The notes under the pieces are model-generated. The model saw only the letters and a program-made list of their open reading frames with translations. It was not told the origin of the DNA and made no database searches. This document shows, in pieces, positions 10,001 through 17,988 of a DNA stretch of 64,000 bases (the stretch's first letter is position 1; each line of letters begins with the position of its first letter). The stretch is taken from positions 1-64,000 of the IMG/VR virus record IMGVR_UViG_3300042890_006166; one strand, given 5' to 3'. The DNA is from a virus. Position numbers and translations under genes: made by a program.

Positions 10001-12560
10001 CGGTAGAATAACAATCGGTGGCACGACTGCTCCAACATTTACTTTAGAAGTTTTAAGCTCAGATATGGCTGTAAACTCTGTTAGAGTTGGAAGGGGAGCG
10101 GGTTCTATTGCAACGAACGTAGTTTTAGGACCTACCGCTCTCAATGCCAACACTACGGGTGCTAATAACGTAGCTATAGGATCTTCTGCTTTAGACGTCA
10201 ATACTACAGGTGTACAAAATATAGCAATCGGAAGTGATTCTTTGGGAGCAAACCTTATCAACAGTAATAACGTGGCTGTAGGCTTTAACTCCTTACTTTT
10301 AAACACAGCCGACAACAACGTAGCAATTGGCTCCAGAGCCTTAGACGCCAATACAACTGGAACACCTAATGTGGCCATAGGAACTGATGCTCTAGGTGCT
10401 AATGCTACAGGTACGAATAATGTGGCTTTAGGACATAACGCCTTGTTGCTAAACACTACCAACAATAATGTGGCTGTTGGATCCAGAGCCTTAGACGCCA
10501 ATACAACTGGAACACCTAATGTGGCCATAGGAACTGATGCTTTAGGTGCTAATGCTACAGGTACGAATAATGTGGCTTTAGGACATAACGCCTTGTTGCT
10601 AAACACTACCAACAATAATGTGGCCATAGGTTCATTAGCACTAGACGCAAACACTACAGGTACTCCAAACGTGGCCGTTGGTACTAACGCTTTGGGTGTC
10701 AACAACACAGGTGCTAACAACGTAGCAGTTGGACATCAGACCTTGGATGCCAACACAACAGGAGTCCGAAATGTGGCAGTTGGTAACGAGGCTTTAGGAG
10801 CTGTTGCCACTGGAACTGATAACACAGCATTCGGCCACAACGCCTTGTTGCTAAACACTACCAACAATAATGTGGCCATAGGTTCATTAGCACTAGACGC
10901 AAACACAACAGGTACTCCAAACGTGGCAGTAGGTACTAACGCATTGGGTCTCAACAACACAGGTGCCAACAACGTAGCAGTTGGACATCAGACCTTGGAT
11001 GCCAACACAACAGGAGTCCGAAATGTGGCAGTTGGTAACGAGGCTTTAGGAGCTGTTGCTACAGGAGTAGATAACACAGCATTCGGTCACAACGCCTTGT
11101 TGCTCAACACTGTCAGCAACAACGTGGCCATAGGTTCATTAGCACTAGACGCAAACACAACAGGTACTCCAAACGTGGCTGTAGGAACTAACGCATTGGG
11201 TCTCAACACCACAGGTGCCAACAACGTAGCTGTTGGGCATCAGACCTTGGATGCCAACACAACAGGAGTTCAAAATGTTGCGATAGGAAACGATGCTTTG
11301 GGAGCAAACGCTACCAACAGCAACAACGTGGCTGTAGGACATAATGCCTTGCTGCTCAACACGGCTGACAACAACGTAGCTGTTGGTTCTAGAGCCTTAG
11401 ATTCCAATACAACTGGAACACCTAACGTAGCCATAGGTACATTAGCCTTAGAAGCCAACACCACTGGTGCCAACAACGTAGCAGTTGGACACTCGGCATT
11501 GGATGTCAACACAACAGGAATTCAAAATGTTGCTGTTGGAAACGATGCTTTGGGAGCAAACGCTACCAACAGCAACAACGTGGCTGTAGGACATAATGCC
11601 TTGCTGCTCAACACGGCTGACAACAACGTAGCTGTTGGTTCTAGAGCCTTAGATTCCAATACAACTGGAACACCTAACCTAGCCGTGGGATTTAACGCAT
11701 TGGGTGTCAACACCACTGGTGCCAACAACGTAGCGGTTGGATATCAGGCCTTGGATGATAACACAACAGGAATTCAAAATGTTGCGATAGGAAACGATGC
11801 TTTGGGAGCAAATGTTGTGAATAGTAACAACGTTGCAATAGGACACAATGCTTTGTTGCTCAGCACTGCTGATAATAACGTAGCAGTAGGTTCACAAGCA
11901 CTAGACTCAAACACAACTGGTGATAATAATCTTGCTGCTGGTTCTGCTTCTTTAAGTTCAAACACAACCGGAAATCAAAACACGGCGGTTGGATCTGAAT
12001 CATTAAAAAATGTGACAGTTGGAGCTAGAAATGTTGCTGCTGGTTATCAAGCAGGATCTCAGCTAATAAATGGAACAGGAAACGTTATCATCGGTCGAGG
12101 TGCAGAAGGAAGTGCAACAAATGCGGTAAATCAAATTGTAATTGGTGATCTTGCAGGAGGTATAGCAGATGATACCGCTTTTATTGGTGGTACTAACGGA
12201 GCTTATAATGGACAAAATGATCCAAGTTGGCAAGTAAACTCCGATATAAGATTGAAAAAAAATATTATTGACAATTCACAAGGTTTGTCAATTATTAACT
12301 CCATAAGAGTTCGTAATTTCGAATATAGAAAAGAGGATGAAATTATCGAAATTCCAAAAAACAGAGCCATTAAAAAACCAGGAATTCAGATTGGTGTAAT
12401 AGCACAGGAGTTTCAATTAATTATTCCAGAAGCAGTTTCAGAAACATCCGATGGTGTTTTATCTGTCAATTCGAGCAGAGTAACTTGGCATTTAGTTAAT
12501 GCTATTCAAGAGCTGACCTCTAGAATTGAAACTTTAGAGAAATCTCTCCCTAAAGATTAG
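4023..12560 (+). CDS. Giant fibre/adhesin protein 2 (2845 aa): short N-domain, 1680-residue Gly-X-Y array, tail-fibre linker motifs, YadA-head-like NxAxG repeats, C-terminal peptidase S74 intramolecular chaperone
   Basis: GSS array 4389-9428; DTNTGIYFPAADTIGFVEGGVEVMRI linker; about 40 repeats of GxxALxxNTTGxxNVAI; SDIRLKKNI...IGVIAQE...L..AIQEL..RIETLE from about 12240. Confidence 0.9.
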   Translation: MPTGPFGTSGKNIQIEPRQGTLKFFGAGGTAENQPITFQVLDNGSIRIYPSGQSDSIFIQATGATAGNVLINDASFVKGSGLILPIFNDINSVPNPAVGMIIFNSSDGQIYRYTGSGWQVSAGTSGTSGSSGSSGSSGSSGTSGSSGSSGSSGSSGSSGTRGTSGSSGSSGSSGSSGTSGSSGSSGSSGSSGSSGSSGSSGTSGSSGSSGSSGSSGSSGSSGSSGSSGSSGSSGSSGTSGSSGSSGSSGTSGSSGSSGSSGSSGSSGSSGTSGSSGSSGTSGSSGSSGSSGSSGSSGSSGSSGSSGSSGTSGSSGSSGSSGSSGSSGSSGSSGSSGTSGSSGSSGSSGSSGSSGSSGSSGSSGSSGSSGSSGSSGSSGSSGSSGTSGLSGVNGTSGTSGSSGSNGTSGLSGVNGTSGTSGSSGSSGSSGSSGSSGSSGSSGTSGSSGSSGSSGSSGSSGTRGTSGSSGSSGSSGSSGSSGSSGSSGSSGTSGSSGSSGSSGSSGSSGTSGSSGSSGSSGSSGSSGTSGSSGSSGSSGSSGSSGSSGSSGSSGTSGSSGSSGSSGSSGSSGTSGSSGTMGTSGSSGSSGSSGSSGSSGSSGSSGSSGTSGSSGSSGSSGSSGTSGSSGTRGTSGSSGSSGSSGSSGSSGSSGSSGSSGTSGSSGSSGSSGSSGSSGTSGSSGSSGSSGSSGSSGSSGSSGTSGSSGSSGSSGSSGTSGSSGSSGSSGSSGSSGTSGSSGSSGSSGSSGSSGSSGSSGTSGSSGSSGSSGSSGSSGTSGSSGSSGSSGSSGTSGSSGSSGSSGSSGSSGSSGSSGTSGSSGSSGSSGSSGTSGSSGTRGTSGSSGSSGSSGSSGSSGSSGSSGSSGTSGSSGSSGTSGSSGSSGSSGSSGTRGTSGSSGSSGSSGSSGTSGSSGSSGSSGSSGSSGSSGSSGSSGSSGTSGSSGSSGSSGSSGSSGSSGSSGSSGTSGSSGSSGSSGSSGSSGSSGSSGSSGSSGTSGSSGSSGSSGSSGSSGTSGSSGSSGSSGSSGTSGSSGSSGSSGTSGSSGSSGSSGSSGSSGTSGSSGSSGSSGSSGSSGSSGTSGSSGSSGSSGSSGSSGSSGSSGSSGTSGSSGSSGSSGSSGTSGSSGSSGSSGSSGSSGTSGSSGSSGSSGSSGSSGSSGSSGSSGSSGTSGSSGSSGSSGSSGTRGTSGSSGSSGSSGSSGSSGSSGSSGSSGTSGSSGSSGSSGSSGSSGSSGSSGSSGTSGSSGSSGSSGSSGSSGSSGTSGSSGSSGSSGSSGSSGSSGSSGSSGTSGSSGSSGSSGSSGTRGTSGSSGSSGSSGSSGTSGSSGSSGSSGSSGSSGSSGSSGSSGSSGTSGSSGSSGSSGSSGSSGSSGTSGSSGSSGSSGSSGSSGSSGTSGSSGSSGSSGSSGSSGSSGSSGSSGSSGTSGSSGSSGSSGSSGTRGTSGSSGSSGSSGSSGSSGSSGSSGTSGSSGSSGSSGSSGTSGSSGSSGSSGSSGSSGSSGSSGSSGSSGTSGSSGSSGSSGSSGSSGTSGSSGSSGSSGSSGSSGSSGSSGSSGTSGSSGSSGSSGSSGSSGTSGSSGSSGTSGSSGSSGSSGSSGSSGTSGSSGTRGTSGSSGSSGSSGSSGSSGSSGSSGSSGTSGSSGSSGSSGSSGSSGSSGSSGSSGSSGTSGSSGSSGSSGSSGSSGTSGSSGSSGSSGSSGSSGSSGSSGSSGSSGTSGSSGSSGSSGSSGSSGTSGSSGSSGSSGSSGSSGSSGSSGSSGSSGTSGSSGSSGSSGSSGSSGTSGSSGSSGSSGSSGSSGSSGTSGFATLSGSTDNGVLTLNGSSPNVTVESDLTYTSPTLSFTGTGSPTTGASQIYLNGVTSNRIDFNTNGAGPPAFTTRSAGTKVVLYPSVGAASVDIGMGYMADGGVPSMWYSIIGSAANGAYYWYAGTTQIMALVNLAAGTRRLDLTAGTVTNPSISAGLNSADTNTGIYFPAADTIGFVEGGVEVMRIHDTGRITIGGTTAPTFTLEVLSSDMAVNSVRVGRGAGSIATNVVLGPTALNANTTGANNVAIGSSALDVNTTGVQNIAIGSDSLGANLINSNNVAVGFNSLLLNTADNNVAIGSRALDANTTGTPNVAIGTDALGANATGTNNVALGHNALLLNTTNNNVAVGSRALDANTTGTPNVAIGTDALGANATGTNNVALGHNALLLNTTNNNVAIGSLALDANTTGTPNVAVGTNALGVNNTGANNVAVGHQTLDANTTGVRNVAVGNEALGAVATGTDNTAFGHNALLLNTTNNNVAIGSLALDANTTGTPNVAVGTNALGLNNTGANNVAVGHQTLDANTTGVRNVAVGNEALGAVATGVDNTAFGHNALLLNTVSNNVAIGSLALDANTTGTPNVAVGTNALGLNTTGANNVAVGHQTLDANTTGVQNVAIGNDALGANATNSNNVAVGHNALLLNTADNNVAVGSRALDSNTTGTPNVAIGTLALEANTTGANNVAVGHSALDVNTTGIQNVAVGNDALGANATNSNNVAVGHNALLLNTADNNVAVGSRALDSNTTGTPNLAVGFNALGVNTTGANNVAVGYQALDDNTTGIQNVAIGNDALGANVVNSNNVAIGHNALLLSTADNNVAVGSQALDSNTTGDNNLAAGSASLSSNTTGNQNTAVGSESLKNVTVGARNVAAGYQAGSQLINGTGNVIIGRGAEGSATNAVNQIVIGDLAGGIADDTAFIGGTNGAYNGQNDPSWQVNSDIRLKKNIIDNSQGLSIINSIRVRNFEYRKEDEIIEIPKNRAIKKPGIQIGVIAQEFQLIIPEAVSETSDGVLSVNSSRVTWHLVNAIQELTSRIETLEKSLPKD
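4389..9428 (+). repeat. Coding 9-nt (Gly-X-Y) tandem array, 560 triplets
   Basis: First GGA at 4389, last triplet GGA ACT TCT ends 9428; 5040/9=560; rare variants GTR, GTM, GLS, GVN, GSN keep the Gly register. Confidence 0.95.
10116..12110 (+). repeat. 16/17-aa beta-roll-type repeats with 150-nt and 252-nt higher-order duplications
   Basis: CCAGAGCCTTAGACGCC recurs 150 nt apart (about 10333/10483); TGGCCATAGGTTCATTAG at 10621, 10873, 11125; ATAATGCCTTGCTGCTC at 11341, 11593 (252-nt period, 84 aa). Confidence 0.9.
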
Positions 12561-12578
12561 AGGAATTAACCTATTTAA

Positions 12579-13232
12579 ATGTCTCAAAAAAAAATTATGA
12601 TTGGAACTCCGTGCTATGATGGAAAGGTTACCGCCCAATTTGCAGTTTCATTATTCTCAGCAATTAAAGAGGCATCTTTAAAAAAAATTGATTTAATCCC
12701 AATTTTTCTTTCCTATGATGCATTGGTACAAAGAGCCAGAAACGACCTTGTTAAATTAGCGGTTCAACATCAGGTAGAAAGTATAATTTTCATAGATCAT
12801 GATTTGGAATTTAACCCCCGATGGGTTGTTGAATTGGCAGAGAGCCCACTTGATGTTATTGGCGGAACATATCCAAAAAAAACAGATTCAAAGGAGATTT
12901 ATCCTATATCCGCCAATAATTTATCAGTCAATGAACATGGATTGATGCAGGTTGAAGGAATTGGTACTGGTTTCTTGAAACTGTCAAGAAAGGCCCTACT
13001 AACTTTATGGGAGAAAAGTTCAATCTATTGGAACGAAGGAGCCCAAAATCGAATGGTTTTTGATATTGGTATTGTTGAAGGAAACTTGATGAGTGAAGAT
13101 AGAATGATGTGTAAAAAATTAACAGATCTAGGTTTTAAAATTTGGTTAAATCCTTCTATGTGCTGTAAACACATCGGTGTTAAAATCTACGAAGGAAATT
13201 TTTTGGATTATTTATCAAGATTAAAAAAATAA
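12579..13232 (+). CDS. GT-A fold (GT2-like) glycosyltransferase
   Basis: IMIGTPCYDG, ARNDLV, FIDHD (DxD), GIGTGF, SED and GFKIWLNP..CKHIG motifs common in phage GT-A proteins. Confidence 0.7.
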   Translation: MSQKKIMIGTPCYDGKVTAQFAVSLFSAIKEASLKKIDLIPIFLSYDALVQRARNDLVKLAVQHQVESIIFIDHDLEFNPRWVVELAESPLDVIGGTYPKKTDSKEIYPISANNLSVNEHGLMQVEGIGTGFLKLSRKALLTLWEKSSIYWNEGAQNRMVFDIGIVEGNLMSEDRMMCKKLTDLGFKIWLNPSMCCKHIGVKIYEGNFLDYLSRLKK

Positions 13233-13256
13233 TTTATTTATGGGTTAATTTCCAAA

Positions 13257-13264
13257 GATATATA
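13257..13264 (+). promoter_or_regulatory. GATATATA putative late promoter
   Basis: Exact motif 20 nt before ATG 13284. Confidence 0.65.
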
Positions 13265-13283
13265 TAAAAATTAATAGAAATCT

Positions 13284-13592
13284 ATGGCCATTCAGATTAC
13301 AGGTTTATTCAAAAATCCAACCTCGCAATTAATCCACGAGTCTCCTCTTTTGAAGATCGTAGCCCATTTGTCTTTCCAAGGAAATTTGCACGTTGATCTT
13401 CATGTTGTCTCTGAAGATGGAATTCACAGAGATACTGTAGTTTTTTCAAACGTAGATCGCAGCAAGTTGAATTATGATATTTCAATTTCGGATTCTTATA
13501 ACAGCCTCATTCAGGCAATAGAAACTTTTGTTATTCCAGAACTACAATCCGCAAATTCGATTAATTCACAAGCAACATTTTCTCGCACATGA
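13284..13592 (+). CDS. Hypothetical protein
   Basis: 102-aa ATG ORF directly after a GATATATA motif, ATGA overlap with next gene. Confidence 0.7.
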   Translation: MAIQITGLFKNPTSQLIHESPLLKIVAHLSFQGNLHVDLHVVSEDGIHRDTVVFSNVDRSKLNYDISISDSYNSLIQAIETFVIPELQSANSINSQATFSRT

Positions 13593-13870
13593 ATAATATA
13601 GAAGAAACAGGAAAAGAAGAATATTCAGATATGATACAGCCAGAAGAATTAAAGAAAATTCAGGAATTCAGGAAATCTGGTGATATGTTCTTGGTTGAAT
13701 TCGGTTCTCTTAAGATGGAAGAAATTAATCTCCAAGAAAGGAAAAAAGAGACTGAAAGAAAATTTTTGAAATTTAAAGAGGAAGAAAAAAATTTTATGTC
13801 TCTCATGGAATATAAATATGGGAACGTCAGTTTAGACCTAGAAACTGGTATTTTAACTCCTATAAATTAA
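13589..13870 (+). CDS. Small coiled-coil protein, paralogue of 15117..15389
   Basis: PEELKKIQEFR...KYGNVSLDLETG aligns with PEELDRIQNLR...KYGEGKLDFNSG. Confidence 0.7.
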   Translation: MNNIEETGKEEYSDMIQPEELKKIQEFRKSGDMFLVEFGSLKMEEINLQERKKETERKFLKFKEEEKNFMSLMEYKYGNVSLDLETGILTPIN

Positions 13871-15024
13871 CGAGATTTTAGAAGTTCATTGTAGACTTCT
13901 GTCATTTTTTCTCCAGCATTTTTCCATGTAAAGATCTCACAGGTTTTTCTACCTTCTATTTTTAATTTCAACTTTTCTTCTTCTTTCAATTTCAATAAAT
14001 TTTCAAGGGATTTTTCAATTCCTTCTGGAGTTGGTTCTACCAACATTGAATTTCTTTCGTTTACAAAATCACCCAAACCATCTAAACGAGATGAAATCAA
14101 TATGGCACCGGAAGCAAAAGCTTCTAAAGCTACAATGCCAAATGGTTCATGAACGCTGGGCATGATTACTGCTTCTACAGAGTGCATGAGTTCAATTTTT
14201 TTCTGTCCATATAAAGGACCACAGAAAAATAAATTCTTTTTTTTCGAATCTAATTTAGCTTGAAGCAGATTTACACATTCTAAATCTCCTCCCTCAGATG
14301 ATCCAGCCACAATTAAATTAATCCCATCCGGAATATTTGCATTCATCAAATGATCAAACCCTTTCATTTTGGCAAATCTTCCGATGTATAGAACATTTAT
14401 ACCATTGTCCAAAGGTATTGAAACTTGGCTCTTAGGTATCCAAGAATCTAAATTGATTCCATTTGGAATAATTCTGATTTTCGAACGAAATTCTGGATAT
14501 ACGTCTTTGTAAAAACTTCCGACACCAACAATAATATCTGCACAATTTAACATCCCCGTTTCCAAACCCTCCAAAGTTTTTTGTGTGGTTAATCCATCGA
14601 AATTTTTGTCATCAAAAACAATTTTTAAATTTTTTTGGATTTGACCTCTTATACTTAAGCTCAAAGACATCACCAAAGGAACCCCATAATAAATGGCCAG
14701 ATGGTTAGCTACCAAGTAGCATGGCCAATCGTAGGCGTGAATCAAATCAGGTCGTTGAAATTTTAAAGAAGCTGTGAAATAATTAATTTGGTGTGCCAGA
14801 TTATAAATTAGAGGATTTCCTGGTTCTTTTGGGTCTGGTAAAAATGACGGGTAAATTTGTTTAGTATTAGGAAATGAAAATTGTGGGGTAAGGTGTGGAT
14901 AACAAACAGTGAATACCTCAAAATTCTCTTGTAAATAAGGATGTATATGTGTGTATTGAATTCCTAGTCCTCCCATAGGTTTTTCAAGCCTATCTGGGAC
15001 CAAACTTAAAATTTTAGGTTTCAT
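13867..15024 (-). CDS. GT-B fold GT4-family glycosyltransferase
   Basis: DLIHAYDW, IIPNGINL, VLYIGRFAKMKG, IMPSVHEPFGIVALEAFASG (E-x7-E motif). Only supported minus-strand gene. Confidence 0.85.
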   Translation of the reverse strand: MKPKILSLVPDRLEKPMGGLGIQYTHIHPYLQENFEVFTVCYPHLTPQFSFPNTKQIYPSFLPDPKEPGNPLIYNLAHQINYFTASLKFQRPDLIHAYDWPCYLVANHLAIYYGVPLVMSLSLSIRGQIQKNLKIVFDDKNFDGLTTQKTLEGLETGMLNCADIIVGVGSFYKDVYPEFRSKIRIIPNGINLDSWIPKSQVSIPLDNGINVLYIGRFAKMKGFDHLMNANIPDGINLIVAGSSEGGDLECVNLLQAKLDSKKKNLFFCGPLYGQKKIELMHSVEAVIMPSVHEPFGIVALEAFASGAILISSRLDGLGDFVNERNSMLVEPTPEGIEKSLENLLKLKEEEKLKLKIEGRKTCEIFTWKNAGEKMTEVYNELLKSR

Positions 15025-15039
15025 TCTTGAATTTCAGAT

Positions 15040-15105
15040 TGTACAGGAAAATTATAAAAAATTCCAAAGGATAGGATTGGAATATTTTGATGAAACAGGA
15101 GTACA
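15040..15105. promoter_or_regulatory. Putative divergent promoter pair TGGAAT-N16/17-GTACAA
   Basis: Minus: TGGAAT (15066-15061)...GTACAA toward the GT4 gene; plus: TGGAAT (15078-15083)...GTACAA (15101) toward ATG 15117. Confidence 0.4.
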
Positions 15106-15116
15106 AAAAAATAAAA

Positions 15117-15389
15117 ATGGAAAATCAAATTAAACTTACCCCTGAAGAATTGGATAGGATTCAAAATTTAAGGGAGGCAGCTCGAAATAACATTCAGCAG
15201 ATAGGTCAACTCAATGCCCAAAAATTCTTTCTTGAAAGAGAGGTAACCACGGTCGGTGAACAAATTCAAAACCTTTACCAAGAAACACTACAATTAAACG
15301 AAAACGAAAAACAGCTCGTGGATGAAATTGTCGCAAAATATGGTGAAGGAAAGTTAGATTTTAATTCTGGAGTTTATACAGTTTCTTAA
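15117..15389 (+). CDS. Small coiled-coil protein, paralogue of 13589..13870
   Basis: Start placed at ATG 15117 after an A-rich leader (track starts 15087); similarity to the paralogue begins at MENQIKLTPEE. Confidence 0.7.
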   Translation: MENQIKLTPEELDRIQNLREAARNNIQQIGQLNAQKFFLEREVTTVGEQIQNLYQETLQLNENEKQLVDEIVAKYGEGKLDFNSGVYTVS

Positions 15390-15420
15390 ATTGCAAATGA
15401 CAATTAGATCTTGATTGGTG

Positions 15421-15428
15421 GATATATA
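15421..15428 (+). promoter_or_regulatory. GATATATA putative late promoter
   Basis: Exact motif before ATG 15434. Confidence 0.65.
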
Positions 15429-15433
15429 AAATA

Positions 15434-16675
15434 ATGTCAATTTCCAGACCGTTTGCATATAACACAGGATCTCCTATAGCAGGTACCGAACAGATTGGCA
15501 ATCTGGCTATTGGATTTCCTACAGAAGGGTTCTCTTCTACTGGACTTGCTTGGTGGAATGGTCCTGACGAGCAGCTGGGTTATGTAGTTGCACAATCTGT
15601 TCCAGACAACAGTCAACCAACTCCGATAGAAGGAGTATTTGCCTCTGTTGGCTTTTTCAGATCCTCTGAATTAACAGAGTCTTCTTTCGTTGATTTGGCA
15701 AACACCTTAGCTGCAGGAGCGGATTCTTGGGCACCCAATCAAGGAGCACAGGCCAAAATTTGGTTGAACAATAATGGTTACTGGACATCATTTGAAGGGT
15801 CAATTGCACCCTCGAATACACCAACACCAAGCATGACTCCAACTTTAACCCCTACACCTACTGTTACGTCAACTTCAACCCCAACCCCAACACCAACAAA
15901 TACACCAACAATTCCAAGCCAAGATATAAATCAAACAGGTTTGGTTCTTTATACCAATATGTCCAATAGTTCAAGTTATCCAGGAACAGGAACAAGTGTA
16001 TTTGATTTATCACCAAATGGGTATACAGGAACAATAATTAACTCTGAAAATGTTTCTTATGTTGGTGGATCAACAAAATCATTACAATTTAATAACGCCA
16101 TATCATCTTCGCCATACATCGATTGGGGTCTTGGAGCTTCTTTAGTACGTAGTGCGAGTGAAATAACAGTTTGTGTATTCTTAAGACAAATAAGTATTCC
16201 ACACGGAAACACTGGTTTCAGATGGTCAGCACTTATTAATTTGGATTTTTGTTCGGGTGCGAACAGGAAGTTTAGTTTTTATATGTATAATACTTCAAAT
16301 AATGTAAACGTTGCACCAAATATTGCTCTTGATTTTTTTGATGGTGTTGGTGGTGGTGTTGGTTTTACATTAACATCAGCAAACTGGATTAATCAAGACC
16401 TTTATATTGTTGCAAGTTGTAAATCGGGTACAAATAATGCCAAAGCATATATCAATGGTGTTCTACAATCACCAACAAAGAATGGTTTGGTTGTTAATCC
16501 GACACCAAGTGGTGCTAATAGTAATTTAATGACGGGTAGAGGCCCCGGTTCTTGTTTTGATGGTTATATTGGTGAAAGTAATTTGTATTCAATACACATT
16601 TACGATAGAACTCTGACTGACGCCGAAGTATTATCAAACTATAATATTCTGAAAACACAATTCAATATAGCATAA
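15434..16675 (+). CDS. Probable virion protein with Pro/Thr linker and C-terminal LamG/ConA-like lectin domain
   Basis: (TP)n linker; GLVLY...SSYPGTGTSVFDLSPNG...LQFN...AYING...IHIYDRTLTDAEVLSNYN pattern. Confidence 0.7.
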   Translation: MSISRPFAYNTGSPIAGTEQIGNLAIGFPTEGFSSTGLAWWNGPDEQLGYVVAQSVPDNSQPTPIEGVFASVGFFRSSELTESSFVDLANTLAAGADSWAPNQGAQAKIWLNNNGYWTSFEGSIAPSNTPTPSMTPTLTPTPTVTSTSTPTPTPTNTPTIPSQDINQTGLVLYTNMSNSSSYPGTGTSVFDLSPNGYTGTIINSENVSYVGGSTKSLQFNNAISSSPYIDWGLGASLVRSASEITVCVFLRQISIPHGNTGFRWSALINLDFCSGANRKFSFYMYNTSNNVNVAPNIALDFFDGVGGGVGFTLTSANWINQDLYIVASCKSGTNNAKAYINGVLQSPTKNGLVVNPTPSGANSNLMTGRGPGSCFDGYIGESNLYSIHIYDRTLTDAEVLSNYNILKTQFNIA

Positions 16676-16679
16676 AACA

Positions 16680-16853
16680 ATGATCACATACAAATTTGAA
16701 ATAGGGGATAGAGTAAAAACATTAGGTGACGTTCCTTTGTATGGTACTATTGTTGAAATATATCCAAGAGACAATTTTACAATTTATAGAATTAATCTTG
16801 ATAATTACAATTTGCATATAGCTGAAAATGAAAATAACATAGAATTGGAGTAA
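16680..16853 (+). CDS. 57-aa SH3/KOW-like hypothetical protein (below track threshold)
   Basis: ATG 16680 to TAA 16851-16853: MITYKFEIGDRVKTLGDVPLYGTIVEIYPRDNFTIYRINLDNYNLHIAENENNIELE; fills the gap between flanking genes. Confidence 0.65.
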   Translation: MITYKFEIGDRVKTLGDVPLYGTIVEIYPRDNFTIYRINLDNYNLHIAENENNIELE

Positions 16854-16926
16854 AAACTAAAAAGTTTGAAACAATAAAAATGTTTATTTATTAATTCATA
16901 ATAACAGAATTCTAATTAAAAATTAA

Positions 16927-17988
16927 ATGTTAGATCCTTCCTTTTCTCTTAGAAAATTAAAATACAATTTAACTCAAACTTTATACGACGTAGAACAATC
17001 TATTTCAGAAATTTCAGGTAACAAACCCAGGATCCTTTTCGTTGCTCCTCATCTCTCCACCGGAGGGATGCCTCAGTACCTTTATAAATGTATTGAGTGC
17101 CTGTTGCCTTTTTCCGAAATATTCTGTGTTGAATATAACAATCTTTCCGATCAATTCACAGTTCAGAGAGAAAGAATTCAAAACCTTTTGGGAGAAAATT
17201 ACTTCAGATTGGACTCGGAAGACAAGAGTGAATTCCTAGAAATTATTCATCGGGTGTGTCCTGACGTTATTCATTTTCAAGATTTTGTGGAATTTTTCCT
17301 TGGTAACGAGATGTGTGAGAAAATTTATGTTCCAAATAGACCCTGGTTTATCTTTGAGACCTGCCATTCTTCAAACAACAAACCATCTGATAAATTTTGG
17401 TGTCCAGATAAAATCGTGATGGTCAACAAATGGATGTTAAAAGTTTTCGAAAATTCTGGTTTTAATTTGGACTTGTTGGAATATCCAATTGAAAATTTCG
17501 AAAGTATTGGGAAAGAAAAAGCTATAAATTTATTGGGTTTAGACCCTGACAAAAAACATGTTATCAACGTTGGTCTTTTCACACAAGGAAAAAACCAAGG
17601 AGAATTAATTGAATTCGCCAGAGAGATGACACATCTTCCGATAGAGTTTCATTTCGTGGGAAATCTCGCCTGTAACTTTCAGGAATACTGGGAGCCAATC
17701 CTTCAAAATGTGCCAGAAAATTGTAGAGTTTGGGGGGAAAGATCCGATACTGATTTATTTTTTCAAGCTGCTGATTTGTTTGTTTTCAATTCAGTCTGGG
17801 AGTTGAATCCCATTGTAATAAAAGAATCTTTATCATGGAAACTCCCTATCATGATGAGAAGATTGCCTTCGTATATGGATGATTATGATAACAATCCTCT
17901 AGTTCATTATTTTTCCTCAGATGTTGAAAAATCAGGAAAAGCTTACAACACTCGTCTCATTCAAGAAATTTTAGGTTTTAATTCATGA
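16927..17988 (+). CDS. GT-B fold GT4-family glycosyltransferase
   Basis: RILFVAPHLSTGGMPQY, INVGLFTQGKNQ, AADLFVFNSVWELNPIVIKESL; ATGA overlap with the heptosyltransferase. Confidence 0.8.
   Translation: MLDPSFSLRKLKYNLTQTLYDVEQSISEISGNKPRILFVAPHLSTGGMPQYLYKCIECLLPFSEIFCVEYNNLSDQFTVQRERIQNLLGENYFRLDSEDKSEFLEIIHRVCPDVIHFQDFVEFFLGNEMCEKIYVPNRPWFIFETCHSSNNKPSDKFWCPDKIVMVNKWMLKVFENSGFNLDLLEYPIENFESIGKEKAINLLGLDPDKKHVINVGLFTQGKNQGELIEFAREMTHLPIEFHFVGNLACNFQEYWEPILQNVPENCRVWGERSDTDLFFQAADLFVFNSVWELNPIVIKESLSWKLPIMMRRLPSYMDDYDNNPLVHYFSSDVEKSGKAYNTRLIQEILGFNS

Noticed and set aside
9932-11965. Antisense ORFs over the beta-roll repeats
   Set aside because: Mirror translations of the repeat; no independent starts or motifs.
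10116-12110. Diversity-generating retroelement template/variable repeats
   Set aside because: Copies are tandem and in frame, differences are mostly synonymous rather than adenine-specific, and no reverse transcriptase is in the window.
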